Shown here: positions 42,991-57,200 of the stretch, piece after piece | Layout of the letters: each line of letters starts with the position of its first letter | How positions within the stretch are numbered: position 1 is the first letter of the stretch | DNA from: Chrysomallon squamiferum | Lineage: Eukaryota > Animalia > Mollusca | Assembly: GCA_012295275.1 (NCBI GenBank) | Contig: CM022673.1 | Coordinates: 26,784,001-26,848,000, forward strand | Direction of reading: 5' to 3' | DNA: 64,000 nt | Position numbers and translations under genes: made by a program | The notes under the pieces: model-generated | The model's database searches: none | What the model was told of the DNA's origin: nothing | What the model saw: the letters and a program-made list of their open reading frames with translations, nothing else

Positions 42991-45900
42991 ATGATAATAA
43001 TAATAGTAATAATAATAATTCAGATTACTTTGTGTGTATTTGACCTATGAATCCATCTCGCTGTTTTAGATAATCTGAAATCGAAGCAATTTTAAAGGTG
43101 ACAAAACAAATATTTTATAAAAATCTCACTTCATGAACAATACAATATAAAATTACACAAACCTCTCCTTAGGAAAAATTATTAAAAATATAAAAACGCA
43201 ATCTAATATTAATCGTAATTATTTTTCTCCCTTTTATTTCTATTATTATTATTATTATTATTAATTTGTTACATTTATTTTAACAAATACTAGATGATAT
43301 TTTTAATACAGTTATTTAGTCCACTTGGCAGATGGCGCTGTGTCTTATCTATTATCTGTTTACTTTTAAATATAACTTTATTATCCAGTCCTCTTCACTC
43401 ATTTAACTGTCTTACGCCTTCAGAACTAGTTCTGGTTTTTACGCGGGCCTATTTATGAGTCTTCTGCGCTGTGTCACCAAGCTTATTACATTTTTTTTTT
43501 ATTATTATTCGACGATAACGTCTTGTTTTATTTATCTCATTAATTAGCTTAGCCAGTAGTAATCAGATAAAAGTTAAAGGATTTGAGTAGAATCAGCGAT
43601 ATCGAATGTCGTCCCTCGACTCGACATGCGGTGTGAATAATCGGCAGTCACTCCAACAGAAAGCGCGCTGTCTTACCATTCGAACGTCTGGCACGCGCCG
43701 CATCCTCGATTTCACGTTCGCCGCGCGTGCGGGTCTTTGATCTTTCCTCGGCGCATCTGTCCAACAGTTGCACCTGATTTCGATGTTTTCCAACATCGGG
43801 TTATGCGTTTCGGCTAATAACAATCAAAAAGTGGTTTTAACCTTTTGTGAAAAGTGAAACAATACATAATTAATTACCTGTCACTTTGAATACGGGGTTG
43901 CGATGTTTGATGAAGATGTCATTTGTCAGTCTCTTTTCTTATTTTTTATTATTATTATTTTTTTTGGTAATTATTGTTTGTTCATTATTTATTTGTTATT
44001 GGACAGTTGTCATAATAATATTATTGTTATTATAATGATGATGTTCACAAGCGAACAATAAATACTACTACTGCTGCTGTTGCTTCTGTTACTACTACTA
44101 CTACAACTACCACTGCTATTCCTGTTACTATTTAAGCATAAAGTTTGAAGTAGTTTGCAGTTTTAAATACATCTAAAAATATAAACTGTGCATACTTATT
44201 ATCAGAAATAATAAAAAACATGTCTTAGCTATAACACTTTTTTTTTTATTTATTTATTTATTTATTTATTTATTATTATTATTATTTTAATATATATATA
44301 TTTTTTTTAAAAAGCAAGTGATGTTAAACTGTAGAACATTCTTAAATAACTGAAAATTTAAGTTTCTGTAACATATTAGGCATGACATATTCCTTTTATG
44401 TATAAACAGTATCAAAGCAGTTCATAGTATTTATAAACACTCAGTTTCATGTCCATTTTTTAAATGGTTCTATAAAATGTTTTCAAGTGATCTATAGAAT
44501 CAGGCTATTTGGCAATTGTAAAGTATAGTCCCATTCACTTCATATTGGATTTCAGTACTTCAGTTACATACTTCAAGATAATCCAGTAACAGTATTGTGC
44601 AGTATACATTAGGCCAACAGTATCATAATTTCAGATTTTTTTTATACCAAAGACTGCTTAATAGAATTAAAATAAGTTTTAGTCCTTTTACGACCCAATT
44701 ATGTTAACAGAATAATAATAATAATAATAATAATAACAGCAGCAGCAACAACAACAACAACAACAGCGACAACAACTACAACAACAACAACAATAGCAAA
44801 AGCATCGGAAGAAATATGTCTATCATAATCATACCAGTAACATAGACATTTCACTTTGCTCTTGTCATTATATATCAATTTCATTCTTGAAATATTACTC
44901 CCACTATTATTTTGTGACGACAGTATTCTCACATTTGGTGTTGCCCACTTATCAAACGACTTAAAAAAACCCACCCCAAAAACATAAAGTATATCGATTC
45001 TTAACAAAAAGAAAGAAAGAAAGAAAGAAAAGGGAAAAAGAGTCGAAAAGCATAACAGATGGTCAGGAATGTGATTAAATTATGACATTAATTTCTGAGT
45101 CGATGACGTCATTCTCCAGCGAGACCAGTCGTCAGAAGACTTGTGCGCAAACAAAGCTTTTACAGTCCCCTAACAATCGCGCTCTTAGATTTAAAACACG
45201 TTAAAATGCCTCACCCAAAGATAAATGTATTTGTAGAATACTCGTATTCCTGTTCACATTATTGATCGGGTGCAACTTATTAAAAAAAAAAAAAAAAAAA
45301 AAATCCCAATATTTCTATATAATTTTTTAAAACTTCGTTAGTTTCTGATGTGTTATTCTCCTAGGTTATTCGTCAGGAAGACATTTGCACGTACAAACAT
45401 ACAAACAAAAACCCCAGTATACAGACAAACGTACATAATACATACATACATACATATATCCATCCATACATATAAAAAAAAAAAACCCAGTAAGCACATA
45501 TCATATAAACATACACCTCTTAAAACAATGAACGTCTGCAGTAAATCATATCTATCCAGTTTTTAATCTTCTAGTGATCTAACGTTCAGGACGATTTTTT
45601 TTTTTTTTTTTTTTTTTTTATTCGTTTCTCTTTACCGTTAAGCCTTATCTTTTGTTTTGACTAATAAAATATTTCACTGCAATAAAATTATTACACAACG
45701 ATCACTGAAGAGCAGTGCAAACTCCTGGTCTGTGCTAGAAATGACTTTTATGGTTGCCATTGTTAAAGTGAGCAGTAAGGCAAATCAAACATCTCTATGT
45801 TAATAAATTGCTACAACAGTTCATTAGTTACGAACATTACATTAACTTCTGTGTTATGTGTAAACTGTGCGTTATTGAAAAGCATTTGATTAAGTGTTGT

Positions 45901-46689
45901 TATCATAATTTAATATATTTTATTAATGTAATTTTTTTTTTTCTTTTTTTTTTTCTCTAACATGGAAGGATGGAACGAAGGGAATATGAAAAAGATTAAA
46001 GGAAGGAATTATAAAGAAAGAAATAATACATATTTCTGGTTTCAGACTTTCTGATTTAGAAGTGTTAAAAAATAAATAATCGTAATTTGTTTATTAATAA
46101 ATATATATATTTTTTTTAGAAACTGTTGATTGTTAACTTTGAAGGTAATTTATTTTACTTTTCCAAGTCAAGTATGCATGATATATATAGACAGCAATCA
46201 ACAAATAATTCATTTTGCTCCTTTGACGCGCTTCCTAAATCTCGCATTGTTGTCGCAGTATATCTTGGTACTGCTATTATTTAGAATTTAATAGGAAAAA
46301 CTTTGAAACCCCCCCCCCCAAAAAAAAAAAAAAAAAAAACACACACAAAAAAACGAGTATCATTCATTACTACTGCTGTTTGACCAATCATAATTTTCAG
46401 ACGCTAAAAATCTATATTTAAGTGCTCAACAACGCGCGGAGGAAATCAAATTTGTTCTATTACACGCAGATTTTTGTCCACACGATAAGCTAGTTTTTAT
46501 TTTTTTTATTACAGCTATATTTTCAATAGCTACATCCCGTCAAAGCACAGATGAATCTTTTTGTCACAACTGTCCAATTCTGACGTCTCCCGACCCATCT
46601 TTTTAATGTCAGTCTCAACAACCGATCTGTCGCTTGCTTGACGAGTAGTGGGAAGGTCCCTCGGGTAGGACGAGTTATTTGCTCTTCTT

Positions 46690-46940
46690 TTGATAACAGC
46701 GGCGCGTGCCGCGAATATGGCGGCGCAGTCACGCGGAACGCACTCCTAATCATTTAAAAGTGATGCGCATCTGTCACTGTTTACAGTCAGAGTCGCATTA
46801 ATTTTCTCTGTTCATTCACTAAGTTAACAGGAAAAAATTAACCAGAAGAAGGAAATGTCTTTAATTGAGTGAAGTTAAAAAGCTATTTCATTTTTCGTTG
46901 GGGATCGGAGACTGAAAATTTTGATTTATAAGTTTTGTTA
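46690..46940 (+). promoter_or_regulatory. Candidate NeuroD core promoter and non-coding first exon
   Basis: CpG-rich patch with YY1-like aatatggcggcg (~46714), TATA-like catttaaaag 46751-46760, E-box CATCTG 46768 and a possible donor gtaaga at 46941. An acceptor ttcag ends at 48325 just before the ATG. Vertebrate NEUROD genes also have a non-coding exon 1. Confidence 0.4.
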
Positions 46941-47309
46941 GTAAGATAATTGTTCATCGCTCCTGTTGTTGTGTTTGCTTATTGATACTGTTGTCATTAT
47001 TCATTATTACTATTACTGTTATTATTGTTATATGTTGTTGTTGTTATTATTATTATTGTTGTTTTGTTGTTGTTGTTTTTTTTTTTTTTTTATATTTATA
47101 ACACCAGTAAATGAAAAACTAGATAATCAAAAAATAAAAATAAAAATAAAAATAAAAATAAAAATAAAAATAAAAATAAAAATAAAATGTAATGCATAAT
47201 TACTTAATAAATCTCTTAATTTTTTCTAACAAACATAATGGACGTCTATTTTAGCATTTTATTTGACAAATAATAAGTTTATGATAGAAATAATTGCATC
47301 GTTAAAATA

Positions 47310-47397
<88 letters not shown>

Positions 47398-47995
47398 AAT
47401 AACTGAAAGGCAATAAGGGTTTTATCTAAAAAAAAGTTGTACATAATAACAAATATACACTTGAAAAAAAAAATAAAATTTTAATACATTTTGTATTTTT
47501 TAAAATAAAAATAAGACTGGAACCCTTGTTCTTTTACGTGATGAGTTATATATAAATTAGTTAAAAATATCTCATGTTTAATAAAGCAGTTAACTAATTA
47601 ATGAATAAAATAAATAAATACATACTAAATTAAAGGAAAATAATTTACTATTGAGAAATAAAAAACTAAATTTTAAAAATTTTAAAATTACAGGAAAAAT
47701 GCATCCATACTAATGAATTCCGTAATTTTTCATTCTTATTTCAATTGTTCAAAAACACATTAGAATTTGATGAAACTGTAATACAAAGATCATTTATTAT
47801 TTATTATTATTGTTGTTGTTATTTTATTTTATTTTATTTAAGGTAAATGTGTCATGAACATTTGTTCAGTACATGTTTTGTTTGTTTGTTGTTTTTTAAA
47901 TCACTATCCATGCATTTATTTATGTATCTATGCCCGTCATCATTTTAAATGCATATTTATTGATATTCATGTTTTCATATTTTTATTCGCGCACA

Positions 47996-48091
<96 letters not shown>

Positions 48092-48329
48092 CATTTTTAT
48101 TTTCATCACATATTTGTATATATATATACATATATAACTTTCATATTTATTTATTTATTCCTGCATATATTTACCTCATTTACATTTTTTTATTTTAAAT
48201 TCCAGTTTTATTTTCCTTGTATTCATTCACGTGTCATATTTATAAATATCTGCATCTATTTTCACTTCGTTATTTAATATTTCTATGAACAAACGTATTT
48301 CATATCTATTTGTTTGTGATTTCAGAATT

Positions 48330-49444
48330 ATGCCTATTAAGTCCGGAAGCGACATGTCGTTCGAACATGGTCTCACAAAAGACATGTCTGACCTCGACGA
48401 TGATGACAGATGCTTCGACTTCGACAACGACAACGACGACGACGTCACAGAATCCGAAGACCAGCCGGATTCCACGACGTGCGACACAGACTCGAAGGCG
48501 TCGGAGGCGGACAAACAGGAGTGCAAAAAATACAAATCTCGCAAAGCGAAGGAAAAAACGGACGAGCTGAAATTGCCCAAAAAGAGGGACCGAAGAAAAA
48601 GCGCATGACAAAAGCGCGCCAAGCCAAACTGCGAGTGCGCAGGGTCAAAGCGAACGCGCGCGAGAGAAACAGAATGCACGGACTAAACCACGCACTGGAC
48701 GAACTCCGGCAGCACGTTCCCTGCTATTCGAAAACTCAGAAGCTGTCGAAGATAGAGACGCTCAGGTTGGCCAGAAATTACATCTACACGCTGGCGGACA
48801 TTTTGAAAAGCGGCATTCGTCCCGACAGCGTTTCGTTCGCCAAGGCTCTGTCGAAGGGGATGTCGCAGAACACTATGAACATGGTGGCGGGGTGTCTGCA
48901 GTTGAATCCTCGAACACTTCTGCCGGACTCCTCGTTTCCTAAGCCCTATCAGCTGATGTACGAGAACCAAGTTGAGTTCCCGTCTCCGATATCGTCCGAT
49001 TCGTTTTCTTGCTCCTTTCAGCCGATAACGTCGTCCATGGGGGACACTCCGCCGCCTTTCGAGCACGTGTTTCATCAGAACCAGCTTTCAGGGTATCCGC
49101 ACCATCTCAGCGTCTCTTTGCCAAGTCAGTGTCATTCGTACGGATCTCACAGGAACAGCGCTGCCATTAACGGAGGGAGTTGCGGCCAACAGCTGCCAGC
49201 AGGGCCGATAACCCCAGCCAGTTATATTCGGTGTGACGTCCCTTCTTGTCGAAGTTATCCTTCCATTGGGATTGGCCCGGCGGGTGGCGCCTACAGTGAC
49301 GTCATTGTGGAGAGCTCCCAGGACTGTGGTCAGTGTGTTTTACCTGAAGATCTGTCAGACTTCCAGACTGAAACGGTTCTTGATCACGATCTGGGAATAA
49401 TCAGCTCGACAAATGGATTATTCGACGGAAACGTCAATGGATAG
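48330..49444 (+). CDS. NeuroD: Neurogenic differentiation factor (NeuroD family bHLH), ~371 aa after correcting one frameshift at 48586-48588
   Basis: b[52 protein letters not shown] plus the NeuroD-specific domain [24 protein letters not shown]. An acidic N-terminus [10 protein letters not shown]...LKLPKKR starts at ATG 48330 after acceptor ttcag. It joins [11 protein letters not shown] only if one G is added. Confidence 0.93.
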
Positions 49445-50439
49445 ATTTTCAATTATTTTTTTCCTTCTTTCGTTTCTTATTTCTTTCCTTCTTCTTCTCT
49501 TTCTCCTTCTATTCTTCTTTATCGTCATCTTCTTCTTTTTTTTCTTCATCTTCTTCAAACTGATGAACTTAATACCTGTTTTAGTCAACACTACAGTTAT
49601 CAAATAAGCGAGTAAAAAACATTTTTATTTACATTTTGTTGAGCTAGCTAGAAAAAAAAAAATGTAAATCATGTATCGCTTGTTTAAAAAATATTTGTGC
49701 CAAAAAAAAAAAAAAAAAAAAAGAATGACATCTTTCAACATCAAATTACAAAGTTTAATACCAGAACATTTAACTTATTTTTACTTGAATACATTCCAGT
49801 TTATTTTTCACATTTTAATGTTTAAAATGATTCACATCATTTAATTTTATTTTTAAAAATTTTATTTATATAACTGTAAATAAAACGAATGATAGAAGCT
49901 ACTGGTAGGGCGGGTTTTGATATTTAAAAATCTGTAACCAAGCATTGTACCGAATGTACGATTCATGCTGAATAGTGAAGTTTTAAGTCAGAAAGTTAAA
50001 ACAAACCACAATTCAGAGAAGTACTAAATGGAATCAGCTTTGCAACACATTTACCAAATAAAGTTTTATATATATATATATATATCTGAATACATTCCAG
50101 TCTAAATATATATATATACCAATAGAATCATAACTGATTTTACAGTGCCTTTTTGAACAAATTTTGGACTATTTATGTGCGAAATTCTGACCGTTTATTC
50201 TTTGACTTGAAATTCACATAATTAACGTATATATATTTTTCAATAATTTATCACCATAATTACCTTTTGAAATATTTTCAATTAATTTGTGTATGTATAG
50301 TGCCCAGTTATTATCAGTGTTGAAATATTTTCACTGTTTTCTTATTTAGCATTATTATTAATAACCATGAATAATTTTTGGCATGATTTTCTCCATAACT
50401 TCACGTAACATTTTCATCAAATGTATTTTTGCAGCGACT

Positions 50440-50965
50440 TTAGTGTTAGTGTGATTTTCAAGCACGTTATTATGAAAATGGAAATGTTTTGCCTTAATTT
50501 ATCTACATAATTTTCATCGTTATAATCAAAATAGCAATATTTTGTAATCATTGATCTCGATATTTTAGCAAACAGTTATAATCAAAATGGAAATTTTGTT
50601 GCAATAATTTTTGTCCAAATGTGTTCGCAATGTTATTACCAAAATGGAAATATTTTTCAATGTTATGTCTACATATCTTCATTATAGTAGACGATTATTA
50701 CTAAATAGAAACATACTACAGTGTTTGGTCTTCGTTTTGATGCACTTATTATTACTAAATGGAAATATTTTCCAATATTTTATTTTCATTACAGTACACT
50801 TACCACTAAATGGAAATTATTTTTTTCAGTATTTTGTCTTCACTAGCAGATTGTTGTTACTAAATGGAAATATTTTGCAGTATTTTGTCTACATTGTGGT
50901 ACAGTGTTATTACTACATGGCAATATTCTGTAATATTGTGCAATATTTTGTCCTCATACAGCGTA
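50440..50965. repeat. Degenerate ~57-bp minisatellite
   Basis: Recurrent ttattactaaatggaaatatttt...tattttgtct; explains spurious ORF 50611-50997. Confidence 0.7.
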
Positions 50966-51367
50966 CTGTTATAACCAGATTTGTGCCTTTCGTTTAATGG
51001 CCTATACTAGTTGTTTCCACAGTCCAGTTTAAATAACAGTTTGTCATTAAATATTATGCATGTTTACTTCGTGTTTGTTTTACTTTCAAATAATTATTAT
51101 TAATGTTTACTGCATGGGGAGTTTAGTGGGTGGCTCCTGGACTGGGGGTATGGGACAGGTTCAAGGAAAGATAGATATGTATAGCAACAATATTAAAACA
51201 ATACTGGTTCAGTTGTAGCAGTAAAATCGAATCATTTAAGAATTTTAGTCTCAGTTTTGGCGCATGGATGATAAACAATTATTCTAATTATTTGTAAAAA
51301 GACTGTTCCTATTTTTTACAGTAACAATTTTAATGTATTGCGAAAAAATGTGATGATGATGATGATG

Positions 51368-51426
<59 letters not shown>

Positions 51427-52622
51427 TGTTTAAGAAATAATAAAAATTAATGGTAGAAACATTTAGATTTTGGCTGGAATTTCCCCACCATGATTATACG
51501 CATCATTTAAAATTAATAATTTTTTTTTATCACATTCGTTTACGAACTTTATATATTAATTTAAAAATTATTATCAGAGCAGAGCAATCTTTAAATTTTT
51601 TTTTATTTTTTTTTAAATATTAGTTTTCTAACCAGCTTATGTGCTAGAAAATCTGAAAGTAAATAGTTTTTATACCTCATTAAAAACATCCTATAATAAG
51701 AAATTTGTGTAACAGAATAAAACAAAAGTGTAATTTGATGAAATTATGAAAAAAATAAATAAAAACTAACAGGAAACATAAACTCCGATAATAATTACGC
51801 ATTATCAAGTCCTTGTAGATTTATCCATTTTTAAAGGAGGATAACTCTGTAGACTCAGTCTGTAACAAACAAGATCAGGTGCAAACAACTGAAAATTATT
51901 TTAACCTTACCAAAACAAATATTACATGCTCTGGAGTGTTTGCTTTACAATTGAATAAATCAGCATAAAAACGTTATACATTCTTATAAAAACTGATTTT
52001 TGCAAGTTACAAAACTATACATTTCAGTGAAGCTTCCAAGTTTGGTTAAATCCTGCAAGTATTATGGTTTATATTAAATTAAATTCTTTGGAAATAAATA
52101 AATGATATATTCAACGTGCATCATCACAGTTTAAATATGCAGTTAGGTTTTGATTGGTTTTAGCTTTTTAGTTTTTTTTTTTATTCCATGCCATTTAGAA
52201 ATGATATTTCTTCTGTGCGATACCAACCCTGTCTGGTACAAATCTTCATACATCACACATGCAGCCCTACATCAGCAAGCACTGGCTGTGGTATAATAGT
52301 TTGTTGTAAGAAACAGAGCTAACAGATAATTTCATCACTGGTCTATTAAAAAACAGGTAACAGCAATTACAGATTCTGGATCTGTTGCAGATGAAAAATG
52401 GCAATTTAGCTGTGTTTACTTCATTGATTTTGAAACCTACCTCAATATTAATTATTATTATATTAATTAAAATAAAATTTAAAAAAATTAAAAGCTTAAT
52501 AAAAAAATAAAATGTTTGTTGTTAAATAATGGAAATCTAATAATCATTAACATTCAAATGTTGGGTGTCATCTCACATAGACACACACTTTTAAAAGACA
52601 ACAGAAAAATTTATTTTGTTAT

Positions 52623-52857
52623 TCAATCATGTTTATGTTTATGTTTCTTTTTCTTTTTCTTCTTTTTCTCTGGAACACTTTCTCTGACATCTTCTACGAT
52701 CTCTTCTGAATTCTTTAAACTTTTCTTATGTTTCTTTTTCACAGGAACTGATACACTACTGTCCGTTTTAGTTTCTTCTTCATCATTTTCAGTGTCTTTG
52801 TTATTATTCAGTCTGTCTTCTGTTATCAGTTTCTCTGAAGTGTGACCAGACAATTTT
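52623..52857 (-). CDS. POLR1F: RNA polymerase I subunit RPA43, exon 3 (Lys-rich C-terminal tail, stop TGA)
   Basis: Acceptor ttttcttcttcag (cag = 52860-52858), phase 2 compatible with exon 2; encodes KLSGHTSEK...PEKKKKKKKKHKHKHD*. Confidence 0.85.
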
Positions 52858-53485
52858 CTGAAGAAGAAAAATCACAATAATTTAAATCTCTTTCTTAACT
52901 TCTGATTTGCAGACTGCTGCATTTATTCCTAGTCACTAATCACAGAATGAGATGAAAATTACACATTTCAGTTTCTAGCTTTAATCTTGATGGTTTACTT
53001 TGACAGTTACCAATAAAATGTTAAAACTAAATTAATTTTCAAGGAGGTAATAGATACAGTAATAAATAAATTGGATAATTTATAAATTGCAAGCCAAGTT
53101 CAAAACATTAAATTAGTTATCAAAATGAATCAAAACATCCAAATGTTATTTCAATTCAACCTTTTTGTATTAATCTTAATTTTATTTTTTAATGGGAATT
53201 GGATTTTTGTTGTAAAATCAAACTCTAAATTATCAATTCATTTCAACCGGACAGTTAAAAAAACACAAATATTTCATATTTTTCAGAAAACATTTCAGAA
53301 CAAAAGAGTTCATTTTAATTTACCAGCTCAGTAAAATAACAAAATAAATAATGCAGAATTTTTTTTTCAAATAAACAAAACCATTTTAGTATTTTCATTT
53401 CCAAACTAAACCTGTCACTGGGGATAAATTTATTTACTGTGAAAAAAAAGAAAAAAAAGGAAAAAAGAAAGGAAAATGTACCCAC

Positions 53486-53824
53486 TTATGCAAATGTCCT
53501 TGCATGGATAACACCCTGTTGCGTGTATAGATGTTATCGACGACAAAAATGCACTCATCTTCAAGTTTCAGCTCACTGCCTTTCCATTTGCCATTGGACT
53601 CTCTTGGTCTTGGCAGGGAAACATTAAAATGTCCTTGGACAAGACAGCCCACGTGGTCAACACTGACCTTGTTTACAGTGGCCTTCAACATGCAGCCAAC
53701 TGTTGGTTTAAAAACTATGACGTCTAACTCAATGTCGAAATGAATGAAAGGTTCATCATCCATGATAAGACCGGCAGTCTGGATCAGCTTGATATTTTTG
53801 TAGCCAATAAAGACCCCTTGTAGC
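53486..53824 (-). CDS. POLR1F: RNA polymerase I subunit RPA43, exon 2
   Basis: Acceptor ttttatcttcag, donor gtgggt; LQGVFIGYKNIKL...IMDDEPFIHFDIELDVIVFKPTVGCMLKATVNKVSVDHVGCLVQGHFNVSLPRP is the RPA43/Rpb7-like RNP plus OB region. Confidence 0.92.
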
Positions 53825-54265
53825 CTGAAGATAAAACAAAAAGAATGAACACACGACACAGTCACTGCACAGAACATGTGTTAAAATTCCGATAGATTAT
53901 TTTGTAAGTATTATAACCTTTGAAGGTAAATAAAAAGTAAATTAATATTTCTCATTTGCATAAATTTGATGGCGACAACTGGGTTTTGGTATTTTTATAT
54001 GTTATTATAAATATGATTATTTTACATTTCTAAGAACAAAATGAATGAATGAATGAATGAATGTTCAACAAAGACACTTCAACAATTTAATGTTATCAGT
54101 TAGCAGGAATCAAATATTTGTCTGAATTTTTGTTTAAATCTGATTTTGAGAAATAACTGCTGAATATTGTCTAGTCTTGTCACTCAAGATAATAGATTTT
54201 AAGTTATGTACCTTCCTGTTGACAGGAATTACAGACAGTGGGTACATACCCTGTCTGGAAATTAA

Positions 54266-54642
54266 AATAATATATAATCAAACGCAAATATTTTTTATGT
54301 ATCATAAATAATAAATAATAAACTTTGGGTGTAATTATATATGATGTTTATTATTAAATGGAAATATTTATCATTGATCACTGGCTGATAAAACTGATTC
54401 GTAGTTTTATTTTTGAGTTGCTCAGTAATAAGTGTTAATATTAATATATGTTCGGTTTTGTTAAACATTAATTAATGTTATTTCTAATACATAAATGAAA
54501 ATTATGAATTCTTATCTCAAGCCTCGAGGTCTTAAAAAGATAAATTACGGAAGCTTACAATGTCGAGTAGAGGAGAACTTCACAATCTAGCTGTTCGCAA
54601 ACGCCTTCTCTAACTTTACCAATAAAACGTGGTGGGAGTGCG
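54266..54642. repeat. Source copy of a direct duplication (matches 63621-64000)
   Basis: Near-identical text at an offset of ~9.36 kb. Confidence 0.92.
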
Positions 54643-54737
54643 ACATGTCTCTTACAGTGAACCAGTTCAAAACAAGAATGAGGATCGTTAATTCGAGATA
54701 AAGCTGTAACAAAATTCACATGGCCATTTTTATTCAT
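54559..54737 (-). CDS. POLR1F: RNA polymerase I subunit RPA43, exon 1
   Basis: ATG at 54737; MNKNGHVNF...HSCFELVHCKRHVALPPRFIGKVREGVCEQLDCEVLLYST; donor gtaagc. Exons of 179+339+235 nt = 753 nt give an intact 250-aa protein. Confidence 0.9.
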
Positions 54738-55009
54738 GACTCTCGCATACAACGAGAATTATCGAGACCACAACGCCAAGCATTTCCTGGTTTAGTTTGA
54801 GCGCTTAACGACAGTGTATGGGAACATAACTCTTGAACCTTTAACGAGTTGTTTCATGTTCTTTTCATTAACAAAATTCAAAACCTTTTAGAATTTTAAA
54901 TGAGAACGAAAATGGGTTTAAAACTACATAAGAACAAATTAAGATACTGAATATAAAATTTATTTTTATTTCAAAGTACAAAATTAAAAAAAGTTATAAT
55001 AAAACAGAC

Positions 55010-55042
<33 letters not shown>

Positions 55043-55685
55043 TTAAGAAATAAACAATAAAATATTGCAGTATTTCATTTACACTAAATTAATTTTTCAT
55101 AAATTATATAAATTTGTGTTGCAGTTTCTTTCTTTTCTGGTCACTTATGATCAATCTGAAAGTGAAAGAAATATAATTTAAGGGAATATATATATATAAT
55201 TTTTTAAGAATGTCTCTTATATACTTATGTAGTACAGATAATAATTTTGGAAAATTAGAAATTATTTAAGAAGCACAGTATAATTGTATTACATCGGAGG
55301 CAGTTTCATTTGGTAAACTCAGTGGTATTTGTGCTTTCATTTTTAACGGAAAGTACACAAATCATACATGATAATTTAATTTCTCTTAACTGGTAGGAGT
55401 AATCCTTAATCGGGAATTATCGTTATAATTATAACAACGATCCGACAACCGAAAATACAAAATATCCATATTTTTCATATTTTGTAAATTTATCTTTCTT
55501 CTTTATTGTTTTATGAAAGAAAAAAAAAAAAAAAATATATATGAATTACTATATTGAAAGATCGTGTACAAATAAATAAATAAATAAATAAATAAATAAA
55601 AGAGAGAGAAAAGAAGACACGATTAAAACATGTACTTGCCATCTGTTCTTTATAGATGTAGTTCGTACCAATTATTTTTTGTCGT

Positions 55686-55743
55686 GACCGGAACCTGACC
55701 CCGAACCCGAACCTGAACTGGAACCAGAACCGGAGCCTGATCC
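55686..55743. repeat. Imperfect hexamer repeat (gaaccn)n
   Basis: gaccggaacctgaccccgaacccgaacctgaactggaaccagaaccggagcctgatcc. Confidence 0.6.
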
Positions 55744-55876
55744 ATGTCCACAACTGCAGCACGCCTGGGCCGAAGCGAAAACAAGAACTGAAACTGAAAC
55801 AAATAAAAATATTTAATTTTTATTTATTTTTTAACCATTTGATCCAATTTTGTTGATATTTCAGGTTTTAGTATTG

Positions 55877-55907
<31 letters not shown>

Positions 55908-56496
55908 CCAATAATGATAATTATATCCAACTGCAGTATAATGACTTACAGACCAACGAGATGAATATTTTCCTGAAATCCATTTTGTTAAAACAAAACA
56001 CTGTTCAAACTAGACTAGTTGTTTGCTTACAAAAATGTTTTGATTATGAACAGTTATTTTCATATATTTATATTAGTAATATAAGGAAACCAAAGCGTAT
56101 ATCCATTGCTATATTTTTCTTAGTTTCCTTTTCAGTTCACGAGTTAAAAAATACATTAAAGAACTGACAAAAGGAAGAATAAAGAAAATAAGGAAAAGAA
56201 AGAAAAAATGAAAATGAACATTTTCTGGTTACAGCGTTTACTTCCCTTTATGGTGTGTGTTTTATAGTACTTCATCTTTCATTTGACTTTAATTTTTCAT
56301 CTTCTTCTCCATAAAATAACACAATGGAAATAAGAAAATATCAAATGAAATAAACATACATGCACATACACCGAAAAAACCAACAAAACAACAATAAATA
56401 AATAAATAAATAAATAAATAAAAGATTAACAGGTTATTCTGATTATTTTTTATCAAAATGGATAAAATTGATAAAAGCTTCATGAAATAGTTGTAT

Positions 56497-56594
<98 letters not shown>

Positions 56595-56679
56595 GTGTGT
56601 CTGTGTGTGTATGTGTATGCCTGTCGCTTTTACGCTGAATGCCAGAATATATATATATATATTTATACAACTAGTTAAT

Positions 56680-56764
56680 GAAAGTTTTGAATTATATATT
56701 TTTGTATCAAGATTCAACATATTGCCATGTCAAACCGCCATATGCTTTTATTAAACGTATTATA

Positions 56765-56813
<49 letters not shown>

Positions 56814-57200
56814 AGACAGATATATAGATACAGAGATAGATTATCAGTCAACGGCAAAGTAAAGGTTTTGAATTATACTTTTATATATTTTTGTATTAAG
56901 ATTCAACATATTGTCATGACAAAACGCCATATGGTTTTGTCAGTCGTGTTATACTGTATCATTTCAATCAACAACAAAAATCTTAGTGTCAAATATCGTC
57001 ATTTACACTGGTATCGCACCACTTCACAGAGTCATATTACGCCATGTTTTAATGTCAAATACGCAGGTGCTTTTATCAAACGTGTTATACTGTATCATGT
57101 CAATCAACGGCATACATGTTGGTGTAAAGTATTGTCATTTCTACTGGTATCGCACCACTTCACAAAGTCATATTACGCCATTTTTTAATGTTAAATACAC
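56680..57200. repeat. Short local duplications
   Basis: ttttgaattata...caagattcaacatattg.catg.caaa occurs twice; actggtatcgcaccacttcaca.agtcatattacgccat at ~57008 and ~57143. Confidence 0.7.

Noticed and set aside
48410-48585. N-terminus [14 protein letters not shown]... of the 344-aa NeuroD ORF in the track
   Set aside because: Wrong frame upstream of the frameshift; the acidic frame from ATG 48330 fits NeuroD and the splice acceptor
55686-55800. Pro-Glu repeat reading (EPDPEPEPELEPEP)
   Set aside because: No start codon or splice context; treated as a hexamer repeat
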